From NCBI GenBank assembly GCA_038087875.1, contig CM075999.1:3288001-3352000 (forward strand): a DNA stretch of 64,000 nt, in the 5' to 3' direction. Source of the DNA: Malacoraja senta (taxonomy: Eukaryota). The position numbers were made by a program, and so were the translations under genes. The notes below the pieces were generated by a model. It saw nothing but the letters and a program-made list of their open reading frames with translations. It ran no database searches and was not told the DNA's origin. Of this stretch, positions 13,101-24,654 are shown in pieces. The number at the start of each line of letters is the position of its first letter. Position 1 is the stretch's first letter.

Positions 13101-13291
13101 GACTACACCTGGGAGGACCACGGCTACTCGTTGATCAACCGCCTGTACCCGGAGGTTGGCCAGCTCTTGGATGAGAAGTTCCAGGTTGTGTACAATTTAA
13201 CCTACAACACCATGGCCATGCACTGTGACGTCGACACCTCCATGTTGAGGCGGGCCATTTGGAACTACATCCATTGTGTGTTTGGCATCAG
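13101..13291 (+). CDS. sesn2: Sestrin coding exon ([18 protein letters not shown]...[15 protein letters not shown])
   Basis: ttcag|GAC...AG|gtttgt, 191 nt. Contains the leucine-pocket segment LTYNT...VDTSMLRR. Confidence 0.97.
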
Positions 13292-13398
13292 GTTTGTTCC
13301 TCGTTTCCAGATTGGGACTCGCTGACAAGCTGGTGGCATTCTTGAGCGTTTGTTCTCGAGATATTTATCCCCGTGTCTTCTCCCCTTTTCTGGAGCAG

Positions 13399-13543
13399 AT
13401 ACGATGACTACGACTATGGAGAGGTCAATCAGCTTCTCGAACGCAGCCTGAAGATCTACATCAAGACTGTGGCTTGTTACCCGGAGAAAACGACCAAGAG
13501 AATGTACGTTTGCTTCTGGAGACACTTCAGACATTCAGAAAAG
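13399..13543 (+). CDS. sesn2: Sestrin coding exon ([15 protein letters not shown]...[10 protein letters not shown])
   Basis: gagcag|A...AAG|gtacgt, 145 nt. YDD (GATOR2-binding) and WRHFRHSEK motifs. Confidence 0.97.
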
Positions 13544-14142
13544 GTACGTCTCTTTTTTTGGGAGTTTTACCGATCAAACTCCTAGTTTCAAGCAGACAGA
13601 ATGTGTAGGAAGGAACTGCAGATGCTGATTTACAAAAGATGATAGCTTCAAGCTTTGAGTTTAAATGTAGTTTTAGTTTAGAGATACAGCGCAGAAACAT
13701 CGCCTTCGACCCACCGAGTCTGCACCGACCGGCGATCCCCGCACGCTAACTCTATCCTAGCCCTAGACCTTCAGACTGAAGAAGGGTCCACAGGAGGTTT
13801 ACAAGAATTATCTCAGGAATGAGTGGGTTTACATATGATGAGCGTTTGTCAGCACTGGGCCTGTACTCGCTGGAGTTTAGAAGAATGAGGGGGGACCTCA
13901 TTGAAACTTACCGAATAGTGAAAGGCCTGGATAGAGTGGATGTGGAGAGGATGTTTCCACTAGTGGGAGAGTCTAGGACTTGAGGTCACAGCCTCAGGAT
14001 TAAATGATGTTCCTTTAGGAAGGAGATGAGGAGGAATTTCTTTAGTCAGAGGGTGGTGAATCTGTGGAATTAGTTGCCACACAAGGCTGTGGAGGCCAAG
14101 TCAGTGCATATTTTGAAGGCAGAGATAGATGGATTCTTGGTT

Positions 14143-14270
14143 GGGGGTGGGAGATTGCAACCTTCACGTGGTCCGCCTTGTTTCGACGAATGCAATCAAC
14201 CTGGCGTGCACAAACAAGTAAGATCAAATAGAACAGGCTGTGCACGCCATACGCAAGAAGAAGAAGAAGA
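14143..14270 (+). mobile_element. Ribozyme-headed short non-autonomous retroposon, copy 1
   Basis: Ribozyme head, TGGCGTGCACA/TGTGCACGCCA hairpin and (AAG)n tail. Interrupts a CR1 fragment with an imperfect duplication, GATTCTTG(G/A)TT. Confidence 0.8.
14144..14197 (+). ncRNA. Candidate minimal HDV/CPEB3-like self-cleaving ribozyme
   Basis: P1 GGGGTGG/CCGCCTT, P2 GATTGCA/TGCAATC, P3 ACC/GGT, L3 TTCACGT, tiny P4 T-TTCG-A and J4/2 CGAA, all in the canonical nested double-pseudoknot order. Confidence 0.8.
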
Positions 14271-14477
14271 CAGATTCTTGATTAGTGCGGGTGTCAGAGG
14301 TTACGGGGAGAAGGCAGGAGAATGGGGTTAGGAGGGAGGTATTGATCGGCCATGATTGAATGGCGTAGACTTGATGGGCCGAAGGGCCTAATTCTGCTCC
14401 ATTCACTGATGACCAATGGCGGGGAGGGGAGTTGTTTGGCCGGTGGTAATTGGCGGTGTTTTCTTCCACCCTGTTAG

Positions 14478-14564
14478 GTCCACGTGAACCTGCTGCTCCT
14501 GGAGGCGAGGATGCAGGCGGCATTACTGTACGCTCTGCGTGCCATCACGCGGTACATGACGTGA
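14478..14564 (+). CDS. sesn2: Sestrin terminal coding exon (VHVNLLLLEARMQAALLYALRAITRYMT*)
   Basis: gttag|GTC...TGA. LLLEARMQAALL...RYMT matches SESN2 better than the MQAELL I recall for SESN1/3; the paralog call is from memory. Confidence 0.93.
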   Translation, partial: VHVNLLLLEARMQAALLYALRAITRYMT

Positions 14565-15239
14565 GCGTGTGCGCGGACAGCGGGGGCTCCCTCACTGACA
14601 GGACAAGCCCACCACAACCCCAGCCCATTCCCAATATCTGAAATGCATATTATTTTAGAGCATAAAACTTCCTCAAACTCTTTACTTGAGGCAACGGCGG
14701 TGGTGGTGTTGGGGGAAGGGGGACGACTTCAGTATTTTTGCTGTTGTCCAGTACGGGGGTGAATGGTTTTGAAGGTTTGATCTCGAAGCCAATGCGCCCA
14801 AGTCCTCCATCTTCTCTGCCGCCACCCTGCCAGAGGCGGGCACTCCTGAATGTATCGTCTAGAACTTAGAACTGTGAACTTAGCCAGCTGGGTGTGACAC
14901 AGCCTACTTTTGTGTTTCAATACTTCTCACTGGTCTTGTATTTATTTATCTTGCGGCTGTTTGATCCATCAAGAGATTTTTCATTTGTGTCCCTTGCTTT
15001 CTCCATGCGATAGCGAAGCTGACTTTGAACCTGATGGCCTCCATCCTGACTTGTGTTGAGGGGGTGACCACAGGCCCTCTGGCGTTGGGGATTAGAGAAA
15101 GAGAGAGGGGGTCATTAGATTCCAAGCCTTGACCTCTTGCAGGTGACAATTGCCCCGCTTAAAATCTACTTCTCCAAATAGATTCCCTCCCCGACTATAA
15201 TTAATTGACCCAAGCCCATTACATCGATGCAGAAATTGG

Positions 15240-15530
15240 GCAGCACGGTGGCACAGTTGCCGCCTCACAGCACCAGAGACCCGGGTACGATCCCAACTAC
15301 GGGTGCTGTCTATACATAATTTGTACGTTCTCCCTGTGACCGCGTGGGTATTCTCCGGTTTCCTCCCACACTCCAAAAACTAAAATCCACTCCAAAGACG
15401 TGCAGGTTTGTGGGTTAATTGGCTTCTGTAATTTGTCCCGAGTGTGTAGAATAGGACTGGTGTGCAGATGATCGCTGGTCGGTGTACACTGCCACGCTGT
15501 ACCTCTGCAGCCTAAAACTAAAACTAAACC
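15240..15530 (+). mobile_element. V-SINE (HE1-like)
   Basis: tRNA-like head, V-domain and aaact tail. Confidence 0.8.
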
Positions 15531-17220
15531 ATTTCTTCTCCCCCCGGGAAAGCAACTTTGCAGTTGTTGCTCTATCTCCGCCTGAGGTAGATTAAAAGTG
15601 CCAGGTTATAGATTATCGAAGGACTACCGGGTTAAAGTTAGGTACTGCCCCTCTCTCTCTCTCTCTCTCCCCCTCGTGTAATTTATTTCCCTTGTTTAAC
15701 AGAAGAGTTGTGAATGGACAACTTGACCAAAGGAGACCGTCCCTGCCTTCCATCCACTGTGCTGTCATAAGTCATAGGAGTAGGATTAGGCCATTCGGCC
15801 CATCAAGTCTACTCCGCCATTCAATCATGGCTGATCTATCTTTCCCACCTAACCCCATTTTCCTGCCTTCTCCCCCCATAACCTTTGACACCCGTACTAA
15901 TTGTAAATGTATCTATCTCTGACAAACACTAGTGGGCATTTGCATTTCCTTTTTATAAATGAACAGATCATTTTTGCTCCAAACTGCAGAAAATCCGTTA
16001 AACCATTCCCTGAAACTTCTATTACGGCGCCAGAGACCCGGGTTCGATCCTGACTCCGGGAGTTTGTACGTTCTCCCTGTGACCTCATGGGCTTTCTCCG
16101 GGTGCTCCGGTTTCCTCCCACACTCCAAAGACGTACAGGTTTGTAGGTTAATTGGCTTGGGTAAAATTGTAAATTGTCCCTAGTGTGTGTAAGATAGTGT
16201 TAGTGTGCGGGGGGAACGCTATTCAGCGCGGACTCGGAGGACCGAACCACATGTTTCCGCGCTGTAACTCTGAACTAAACTGTTGATGCTTGATTTGCGT
16301 GCACTTCCTGTTTGAAACTGTAGTTTCTTGTTTATTTTTGCACATGTTGATCAGCTGGGTGGCTAGTGTTATAGTGTTCCTACTTCACGTTCTGCTTGTA
16401 CTGATCAAAAACCTCAATTACCAGTGTCTGTTTTTTTGTGTGGATAGTATTTCCTGTTAGCCAACACCAGCATAAGTTTTCTCTTTTTTTGTTCTTTTTA
16501 TATATTAAAAAAAAACATATTTGTTTCTTTGACGGGGGGAGGGGTGGGGTTACAGGGGAAGAGAATCTTGCCAAACCCCAGCTTGTGTTTCCCCTGGTAT
16601 ACACTGTATACAGCAGCAGTACAGACAGGGGAAGGTCTGTACTGAATTTGTGTCATCTCCGAGTGCAGTCCTTGTAAGATTCTGCGAGGAATGTCAATTG
16701 CACATGACATGGTGTCACTTCCACGCTAGGTTCCCTTGATATTAGGAGTAGCTTTGCTTTGAAAAGTCATAAGGTCATAAGTGATAGGAGTGCAACTAGG
16801 CCATTCAGCCCATCCAGTCTACTCCGCCATTCAATCATGGCTGATCTATCTCTCCCTCCTAACCCCATTCTCCTGCCTTCTCCCCATAAACCCAGACACT
16901 TGACCAAGGCAGGTATAAGATGTGGACACCAGGAACTGCAGATGCTGGTTTACAAAATGAAAAACACAGTGCTGGAGTAACTCAGGTGGGCAGGTGGCAT
17001 CTGTGGAGGGAATGGACAAGTGACATATTGGGTCGGGGCCCTTCTTCAGATTGATGCAACTAGTCTGAGGAAGGGTGTAGGAAGCAACTGCAGATGCTAT
17101 TTTAAACCGAAGATAGACACAAAATGCATGGAGTAACTCAGCAGGTCAGGCAGCATCTCTGGAGAAAAGGAATAGATTATGTTTCGGATCGAGATCCATC
17201 TTAATACTCTATAGACTTCA

Positions 17221-17625
17221 GAAGTCTGAAGAAGGGTCTCGACCTGAAACATCACCTATTCCCTTTCTCCAAACATGCTGCCTGACCCGCTGAGTTACTC
17301 CAGCACTCTGTGAAACGTCACCTATCCATGTTCTCCACAGATGCTGCCTGACCCGCTGAGTTACTCTGGCACAGTGTACTTCTGTGCTTTGTAAGCTATA
17401 CGGAACCACACTATAAATGATAAGGTAGACCAAAATGCTGGAAAAACTCAGCGGGTGCGGCAGCATCTATGGAGCGAAGGAAATAGGCAACGTTTCGGCC
17501 CGAAATCCTTCCGGGTTTCGGCCCGAAACGTAGCCTATTTCCTTCAGGGTTTCGGCCCGAAAGGTTGCCCATTTCCTTCGCTCCACAGATGCTGCCTGGC
17601 CCACTGAGTTACTCCAGCGCTCTGT
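17221..17625. mobile_element. Composite Penelope-derived element (A arm, unique spacer, B palindrome)
   Basis: Near-identical to 33611-34150, including the spacer ggcacagtgtacttctgtgctttgtaagctatacggaaccacactataaatgataa. Confidence 0.8.
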
Positions 17626-19193
17626 CATTTTTCGGGTGTGAAGTGACTTGGTCTTTGGTGCATTGATGGACATGGCTGCCAAGGAGGTAACGTTGACATT
17701 GGACAGTCAGAATTGTAGGATCATCTGGTTCACACGATCTGCATCGTTCAAAAATTAAACCTCTTGGCCCTTTCAATAGTGAGGAAGTGACCGGCAACAA
17801 ATGGAATCATTTAGAATGTAATTTTTAATAAGTATTTATATGGCAATAATTGAACACTAAGGTTATTAGCTGGCCCAGTAACCCTTTTACAGACTTGTGC
17901 GTTTGTTCAAAGGTTCATTTTTATTCTCTGGTTAGTCTTGGCGGCCTGTTGCACAGAATTGTGCGCAGTGCAGGCAGATTCCCAGCTTGGGATGATGTCT
18001 AGATCTCTTTCGTGTCCTCAGACACACTCGCTAACTAAAGGTTTGTTAGTCACCAGAGCCCCAGGCAGTCTCACAGACGAAAAGTCACTGAAAGTTTGAC
18101 GTGACTTGCGGTGTTGAGATCTGTGCCGATCGCTGGTTCTGTGAACATCTTTACAATGCCAAGTCTAAAAATAACATCTCCATCCAGTTTACTTTAAAAC
18201 TGAGAGTTCCTACATTTTAATTCAAGGCCGGCTGGTCCCAAAGGCAGCACGATCTAGTCCTTGAGCATTGATTTTAAACAAAATAAACTCAGTCTTCTGC
18301 TCCTTAATTGAATGTGTTCCTTTCTCTTGGGGGGGGGGAGGGGAGGTGAAGGAGAGATTATAACATATCAAATCTGTTATGTATAATGAGCAAATAGACT
18401 TCCAGGTTTAGCACTGTTCTATGGAAGTCACTATTTTTCTTGTCTCCAAAAGTCAATGATATGTCTGTGTGTGTGTGCGCACGCACGCACTCGCTCTGCA
18501 CCATTTACCATGTCTTTTGTAAAGATGCACTGGGCTTTAATGCACTCCATAAAGTAAAGAAGGTTTAAGTTGTTAATAAAATCACTTTCTAACTCTGTAG
18601 GAAGGAACTGCAGATGCTGGTTTACACCGAAGATAGACACAGAATGCTGGAGTAACTCAGCGGGACAGGCAGCATCTCTGGTGGGAAGGATTGGGTGACG
18701 TTTCTGATGAGTCTGAAGAAGGGTGTCGACCCGAAATGTCACCCATCCATTCCTTCTCTCCAGAGATGCAGCCTGTCCCGCTGAGTTACGCCAACATTCC
18801 GCGTCTATCTTCACTTTCTAACCTGGCAGCACTGATGCACGGAGCTACAACTCCACACTCTCCTGTGAGCTGACGTGTTCTCTCTCCTCTCCACTTCGAA
18901 GTCGTTAATTTTTCCCACGGTTTAATATGCTGGTTATGAACTTATGGATCACTTAAACTTTTTTGAGTAGCAGGTTGTTTTTTTTCCAAAGATGTCTATT
19001 GTGCAACAAAGTTGACTTTGGGAGTCTTGCAGAGAGAGAGAGAGAGACTGACTCAATCACTGGGCAATCTGTAAATGTTCCTAGGATGTTCTCCCCATTG
19101 TCGACCACAATGAACGGTGATATCTTGCCAGCATCATCCCTTTTGTGGGAGCTTTGGAAGTTGCAAACTACTTTTTGAATTTGATTTCATAAA

Positions 19194-19199
19194 AATAAA
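19194..19199 (+). terminator. Candidate polyadenylation signal
   Basis: AATAAA followed by T/GT-rich sequence (atacttttttc...ttttgttatctttt). Confidence 0.5.
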
Positions 19200-19862
19200 G
19201 ATACTTTTTTCAAAAATGCTTTTGTTATCTTTTCTGGCGAATTTTGCACATATTCCGTAGAGCGTCAGGTTAAGGTGGCTTAGTGGGTAGAACCGCTGCC
19301 TCCGTCCCAGAGACGAGTTCGATCCCGACTATGGGTGCTGTCTGTGTGGAGTTTGCACGTTCTCCCTATGACCTGCATGGGTTTTCTCCGAGATCTTTGG
19401 TTCCCTCCCACACTCCAAAGACGTACAGGTTTGCAGGTTAATTGGCTTGGTATAAGTGGAAATTGTCTCTAGTGTTTATAGGATAGTGTTAATGTGTGGG
19501 GATCGCTGGTCAGTGCAGACACAGTGGGCCGAAGGGCCTGTTTCCACACTGTATCTCTAAACTAAACTAAGTCATCCAACCTCTTATTGGTAATACCTTT
19601 TAATCCAAGCAGAAAATTAGGATGAAAACTTCTGGAAAATTCCTCTCTGTTCTCTGTCCCTTGTCGAATGGAAACTGCTTTGAACGAATGAGGAAGTGTT
19701 GAGATTACAATAATCATTAAATATATTGTGTATAAACTGTATTCTGGTGCCTGTGTGTCTGGCTACGCAGATCCTGAATATAACTTTTAAAGGCAGCTAT
19801 TAAATATTCCCCACCCAATGTGCGGAATAATTGCAGTTTGAGTCTAACTTGTTTGTTTGGGT

Positions 19863-20303
19863 GACACGGTGGCGCAGCGGTAGAGTTGCTGCCTCACAGC
19901 GCCAGAGACCCGGGTTCCATCCTGACCACGGCTGCTGTCTGTACGGAGTTTGTACCTTCTCCCCGTGACCGAGTGGCTTTGCTCAGAGATCTATTTCCTC
20001 CCACACTCCGAAGACGTACAGGTTTGTAGGTTAATTGCTTGATATATAAATGTCAAATTGTCCCCAGTGTGTGTCGGATAGTGTTAGTGTGCGGGGATCG
20101 CTGGTCGGCGCAGGGTGGGAGATTGCAACCTTCACGTGGTCTGCCCTGTTTCAACGAATGCAATCAAACTGGCGGGCACAATCAAATAAGATCGAATGGA
20201 ACAAGTTGTCCTACAACTTTAGGCGGTGCACGCCCCACGCAAGAAGAAGAAGCTGACTCGATGGGCCGAAGGGCCTGTTTCCGCGCTGCATCTCTAAACT
20301 AAA
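19863..20303 (+). mobile_element. V-SINE (HE1-like) interrupted by the ribozyme retroposon
   Basis: A/B boxes, V-domain and tail tctctaaactaaac. Confidence 0.85.
20112..20252 (+). mobile_element. Ribozyme-headed short retroposon, copy 2, inside a V-SINE
   Basis: Homologous to 14143-14270, with an (AAG)4 tail. Confidence 0.8.
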
Positions 20304-20321
20304 CAAAGTCACTGAAATGTT

Positions 20322-20531
20322 AGACACAAAATGCTGGAGTAACTCAGCGGGACAGGCAGCATCTCTGGAGAGAAGGAATGGGTGACGTTTCGGGTCGAAA
20401 CCCTTCAGACCACAACCTGAAACGTCACCCGTTCCTTCTCTCCAGAGATGCTGCCTGACCCGCTGAGTTACTCCAGCATTTTGTGTCCATCTTCAATGTA
20501 AACCAGCATCTGCAGTTCCTTCCCACACATT
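20322..20531. mobile_element. Palindromic Penelope-derived element, subfamily A
   Basis: Inverted arms; 13-bp TSD TCACTGAAATGTT at 20309-20321 and 20532-20544. Confidence 0.85.
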
Positions 20532-21224
20532 TCACTGAAATGTTCTGCCCTTAACAGAAACCAGTGAGGCGTGGCTTATTAATGATCGTGGAGGTTGTAG
20601 AGTTTCGCAGATGGATGGTGTTGAGCAAGGGTCCACGAGCGGAACGCTTGGACAGCGTAGCAAGGACACAGATCCAGTGACGACTCTAATGGGCACCTGG
20701 AGATAAACTTTACCCAGGTTACGGAGCACGGTGGAAAAATACAGAGATTACGTCCAACGTCTGAGATGAGGAAAAACGTTTTCACCCAGAGAGTTGTGAA
20801 TCTGTGGAATTCTCTGCCACAGACGGCCGTGGAGGCCAATTCACTGGATGTTTTCAAGAGAGAGTTAGATTTAGCTCTTAGGGCTAACGGAATCAAGGGA
20901 TATGGGGATAAAGCAGGAACAGGGTACTGATTTTGGATTATCAGCCATGAGCATATTGAATGGTGGTGCTGGCTCGAAGGGCCGAATGGCCTACTCTTGC
21001 ACCTATTTTCTATGTTTCTATGTCTCCCAGAGAATTTAAAGTGAAAGTAAAGCACAGCTGCTCATATAATCATAGAGTGATGCAGCGTGTAAACAGGCCT
21101 TTCGGCCCAACTTGCCCACACCGGCCAACATGTCTCATCTACACTAGTCCCACCTGCCTACAATTGGCCCATATCCCTCTAAACCTGTCCTATCCACGTA
21201 CCTGTCTAAATGTTTCTTAAACAT

Positions 21225-21516
21225 TTAGTTTAGTTTAGAGATACAGCGGGGAAACAGGCCCTTCATCCACACTGAGCAGCGATCCCCGCATATTAACTCG
21301 GTCCTACACCAGGGACAGTTCACATTTACACCAAGCCAATCAACCTACAAACCTGTCCATCTTTGGGGTTTGGGAGGAAACCAAAGATCTCAGAAAACCC
21401 AGGAAGATCAAGGGGAGAAGGTACAAACTCCGTACAGACAGCACCCGTAGTCAGGATCGAACCTGGGTCTCTGGCGCTGTGAGGCAGCAACTCTACCGCT
21501 GCGCCACCGTGCCGCC
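21225..21516 (-). mobile_element. V-SINE (HE1-like)
   Basis: Reverse-complement head ctctaccgctgcgccaccgtgc and tail tttagtttagagatacagcg. Confidence 0.85.
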
Positions 21517-22554
21517 TTACGTTGGGATAGTTCCAGCCTCAACTACCTCCTCTGGCAGCTCGTTCCATACACCCACCGCCCTTTGTGTGTAAAAGTCACC
21601 CCTCAGATTCCTGTTAAATCTTTTCCCCTCACCTTAAACCTATGTCCTCTGGTTCTCGAAAGACGGACGGTGGTGAGTGTATGGAACAAGCTGCCAGAAG
21701 AAGTCGTTGAGGCACGTACTATCACAACTCCTAAAAGACATTTGGACAGGTACATGGATAGAAACATCTGTTCGTTCATTCCATCCCCAGATGCTGTCCG
21801 ACCCACTGAGTTTTTAGTTTCATTCTCAAGATTCCAACATCTGCAGTTTCCTGCGTCTCCTTAAAACCAACTTCATCTTGCACTAAAATCATCTCCATGT
21901 GTCTGATGTTATAGACAATAGGAGCAGGAGTAGGCCATTTGGCCCTTCGAGCCAGCACCGCCATTCAATGTGATCATGGCTGATCATCCCCAATCAGTAC
22001 CCCGTTCCTGCCTTCTCCCCATATCCCCCGACTCCGCTATCTTTAAGAGCCCTATCTAGCTCTCTCTTGAAAGCATCCAGAGAACCTCCCTGTTGCCCCA
22101 TGACGTCTGGTAACTGGTTGGAATTTTATTTATGACTTTCAAATTTGCTATCTATATAAAAAATATTTATTGCAGGTGCCTCGTATCATTGTTTGAAAAT
22201 GTTCACATCTGATCCTTTAGGAGTGGAAGACAATGCAGATTAAAAACACCAAGCCAGTTATGAAAAACAAATCCAAAAATAAATTTGCTCGGAATCCCAC
22301 CCGCTGATAAAAGCTTGTCTCTCTGGCAGCCAGAAGCCTTGGAGAGGCTGGTGTCAGGTGGCCAACTTCATGTTCATGGTCTTGGAGCAGAATTAGGCCA
22401 TTTGGTTACAGGTGCTGTCTGTACGGAGTTTGCACGTTGTCCCCGTGACCGCGTGGGTTTTCTCTGGGTGCTCCGGTTTCCTCCCACACTCCAAAGACGT
22501 GCAGGTTTGTAGGTTAATTGGCTTCGGGAAAAATTGTAAATTGTTCCTAGTGTG

Positions 22555-23290
22555 TCATAAGGTCATAAGTGTTGGGAGAAAAATTAGGCCATTCGGCCCA
22601 TCAAGTCTACTCCACCATTCAATCTTGGCTGATCTATCTTTCCCTCTCAATCCCATTCTCCTGCTTTCTCTCCATAACCCCTGACACCCGTACTAATCAA
22701 GAATCTGTCTATCTCTGTCTTAAAAATATCCACTGACGTGGCCTCCACAGCCGTCTGTGGCAATGAGTTCCACAGATTCACCACCCTCTGACTAAATAAA
22801 TTCCTCCTCATCTCCGTTCTAAAGGTACATCCTTTTATTCTGAGGCTGTGCTCTCTGGTCCTAGACTCTCGCACTAGTGTAAACATCCTCTCCACATCCA
22901 CTCTATCCAGGCCTTTCACTATTCGGTAAGTTTCAATGAGGTGTCCTCTCATCCTTCTAAACTCCAGCGAGTACAGGCCCAGTTCTGCCAAACGCTCATC
23001 ATAGGTTAACCTACTCATTCCTGGGATCATTCTTGTAAACCTCCTGTGGACCCTCTCCAGGGCCAGCACATCCTTCCTCAGATATCGGGCCCAAAACTGC
23101 TCACAATATTCCAAATGTGAGCAGCGCCTTATAGAGCCTCAGCATTACATCCATGTTTTGTATTCTAGCATCTATCTAAATAAATTTGCGCTCCATACTA
23201 CCGATTCGACTTGCAGATAAACATTTTGGGGATTCTGCACCAGCACTCTTGGGTCCCTTTGCACCTCCGATTTCTGGATTCTCTCCTCAT
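22555..23290 (-). mobile_element. CR1 LINE 3' fragment
   Basis: ORF 22647-23114 is the CR1 RT C-terminus. Confidence 0.9.
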
Positions 23291-24654
23291 TTAGAATATA
23301 GAGCACACGCTAACTCCTACTCCCAAAAAGCACGGCTCCACACTTTGCTGCACTAGATTCCATAAGTCGTGGGGAGAAGGCAGGAGAATGGAGTTGGGAC
23401 GGAGAGAACGATCGGCCATGATTGAATGGTGGAGTAGACTTGATGGGCCGAATGGCCTAATTCTGCTCCTGTCACTAAGGAACATCCGAGTTGCTTCCCC
23501 GCTTGGTGCTGTGAATACTTGGCACAGCTGGGGAGATATGCCTTGGCTTCAGGCATGATTATGTCAACACTGTGAAGGCCAAGGCAGGCGGGCTGGAGTG
23601 TAATCGGAATCAGTTGTGATAAAGTATCTTTCCCCTGTGCAACAAACAGCATCTCGGTGATTAATGCCGGCATCATTCAGCACAACCAACACACACTATC
23701 TGGGAGGCAGGAACCGCCAGTTTCAAGGCCACTGGCAATTTTGTAACTCAACCCTTATGTTTTGGGTCAGTACATCTGCTGTTGTGTCCCCCCTCCTGTG
23801 TTCATAGAGTCTTTACTTGTACAGCATGGAAACAGGCCCTTCGGCCCACCGAGTCCGTGCCGGCCAGCTATCCCCGCACACTGGCACTGTCGTACACTAT
23901 CCAGGGTGGTGAATCTGTGGAATTCATTGCCACAGACGGCTGTGGAGGCCAAGTCAGTGGATATTTTTAAGGCAGAGATTGAAGGATTCTTGATTAGTGT
24001 GGGTGTCAGGGGTTATGGGGAGAAGGCAGGAGAATGGGGTTGGGAGGGATAGATTGAATGGTGCCATAATTTAATGGTGGAGTAGACTTGATGGGCCGAA
24101 TGGCCTAATTTTACTCCTATTACTTGTGACCTTATGACACACTAGGGACAATTTACAATTTTTCCCGAAGCCAATTAACCTACAAATCTGTACGTCTTTG
24201 GAGTGTGGGAGGAAACCGGAGCACTCGGAGAAAACCCACGCGGTCACGGGGAGAACATGCAAACTCCGTACAGACAGCACCTGTAGTAAGGATCGAACTA
24301 GGATCTCTGGCGCTGTGAGGCAGCAACTCTACCGCTGCGCCACCGTACCACCCGTGAAGGTTATTTTATCGGCTGTGAGATTCCTGTTGCGAATGTGAAA
24401 GAAAGATGATATACAAATGCAAATATATATTCTTAAGTATTGGAGACCCAGCTCCCTTAGCTGCTGAGTTTCTCCAGCACATTGTGCCTATCTCTGGAGA
24501 ATACAGATATGCGACGTTTCCGGTCAGGACATTTCTTCAGACTTCTTCAGAGATCGACCAAGGTTCGATCCTGACCTCAGGTGCTGCACGTTCTACCTGT
24601 GACTAAGTGGGATTCCTTTGTGTGTTCCGGTTTCTTCCCGCACTTCAATATCTG

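Larger units (their letters stand above)
13782..14405 (+). mobile_element. CR1 LINE 3' fragment in the last sestrin intron
   Basis: RT C-terminal sequence and 3' UTR, split by the ribozyme retroposon. Confidence 0.85.
14565..19220 (+). other. Probable long 3' UTR of the sestrin gene
   Basis: AT/U-rich unique sequence interleaved with repeats. AATAAA at 18575-18580 and 19194-19199, the second followed by a T-rich tract. The end point is inferred. Confidence 0.5.

Noticed and set aside
20579..20698. Possible minus-strand exon (CPLESSLDLCPCYAVQAFRSW...), with similar candidates near 23575-23636 and 25308-25345
   Set aside because: Only plausible splice signals, with no recognisable homology; insufficient support.
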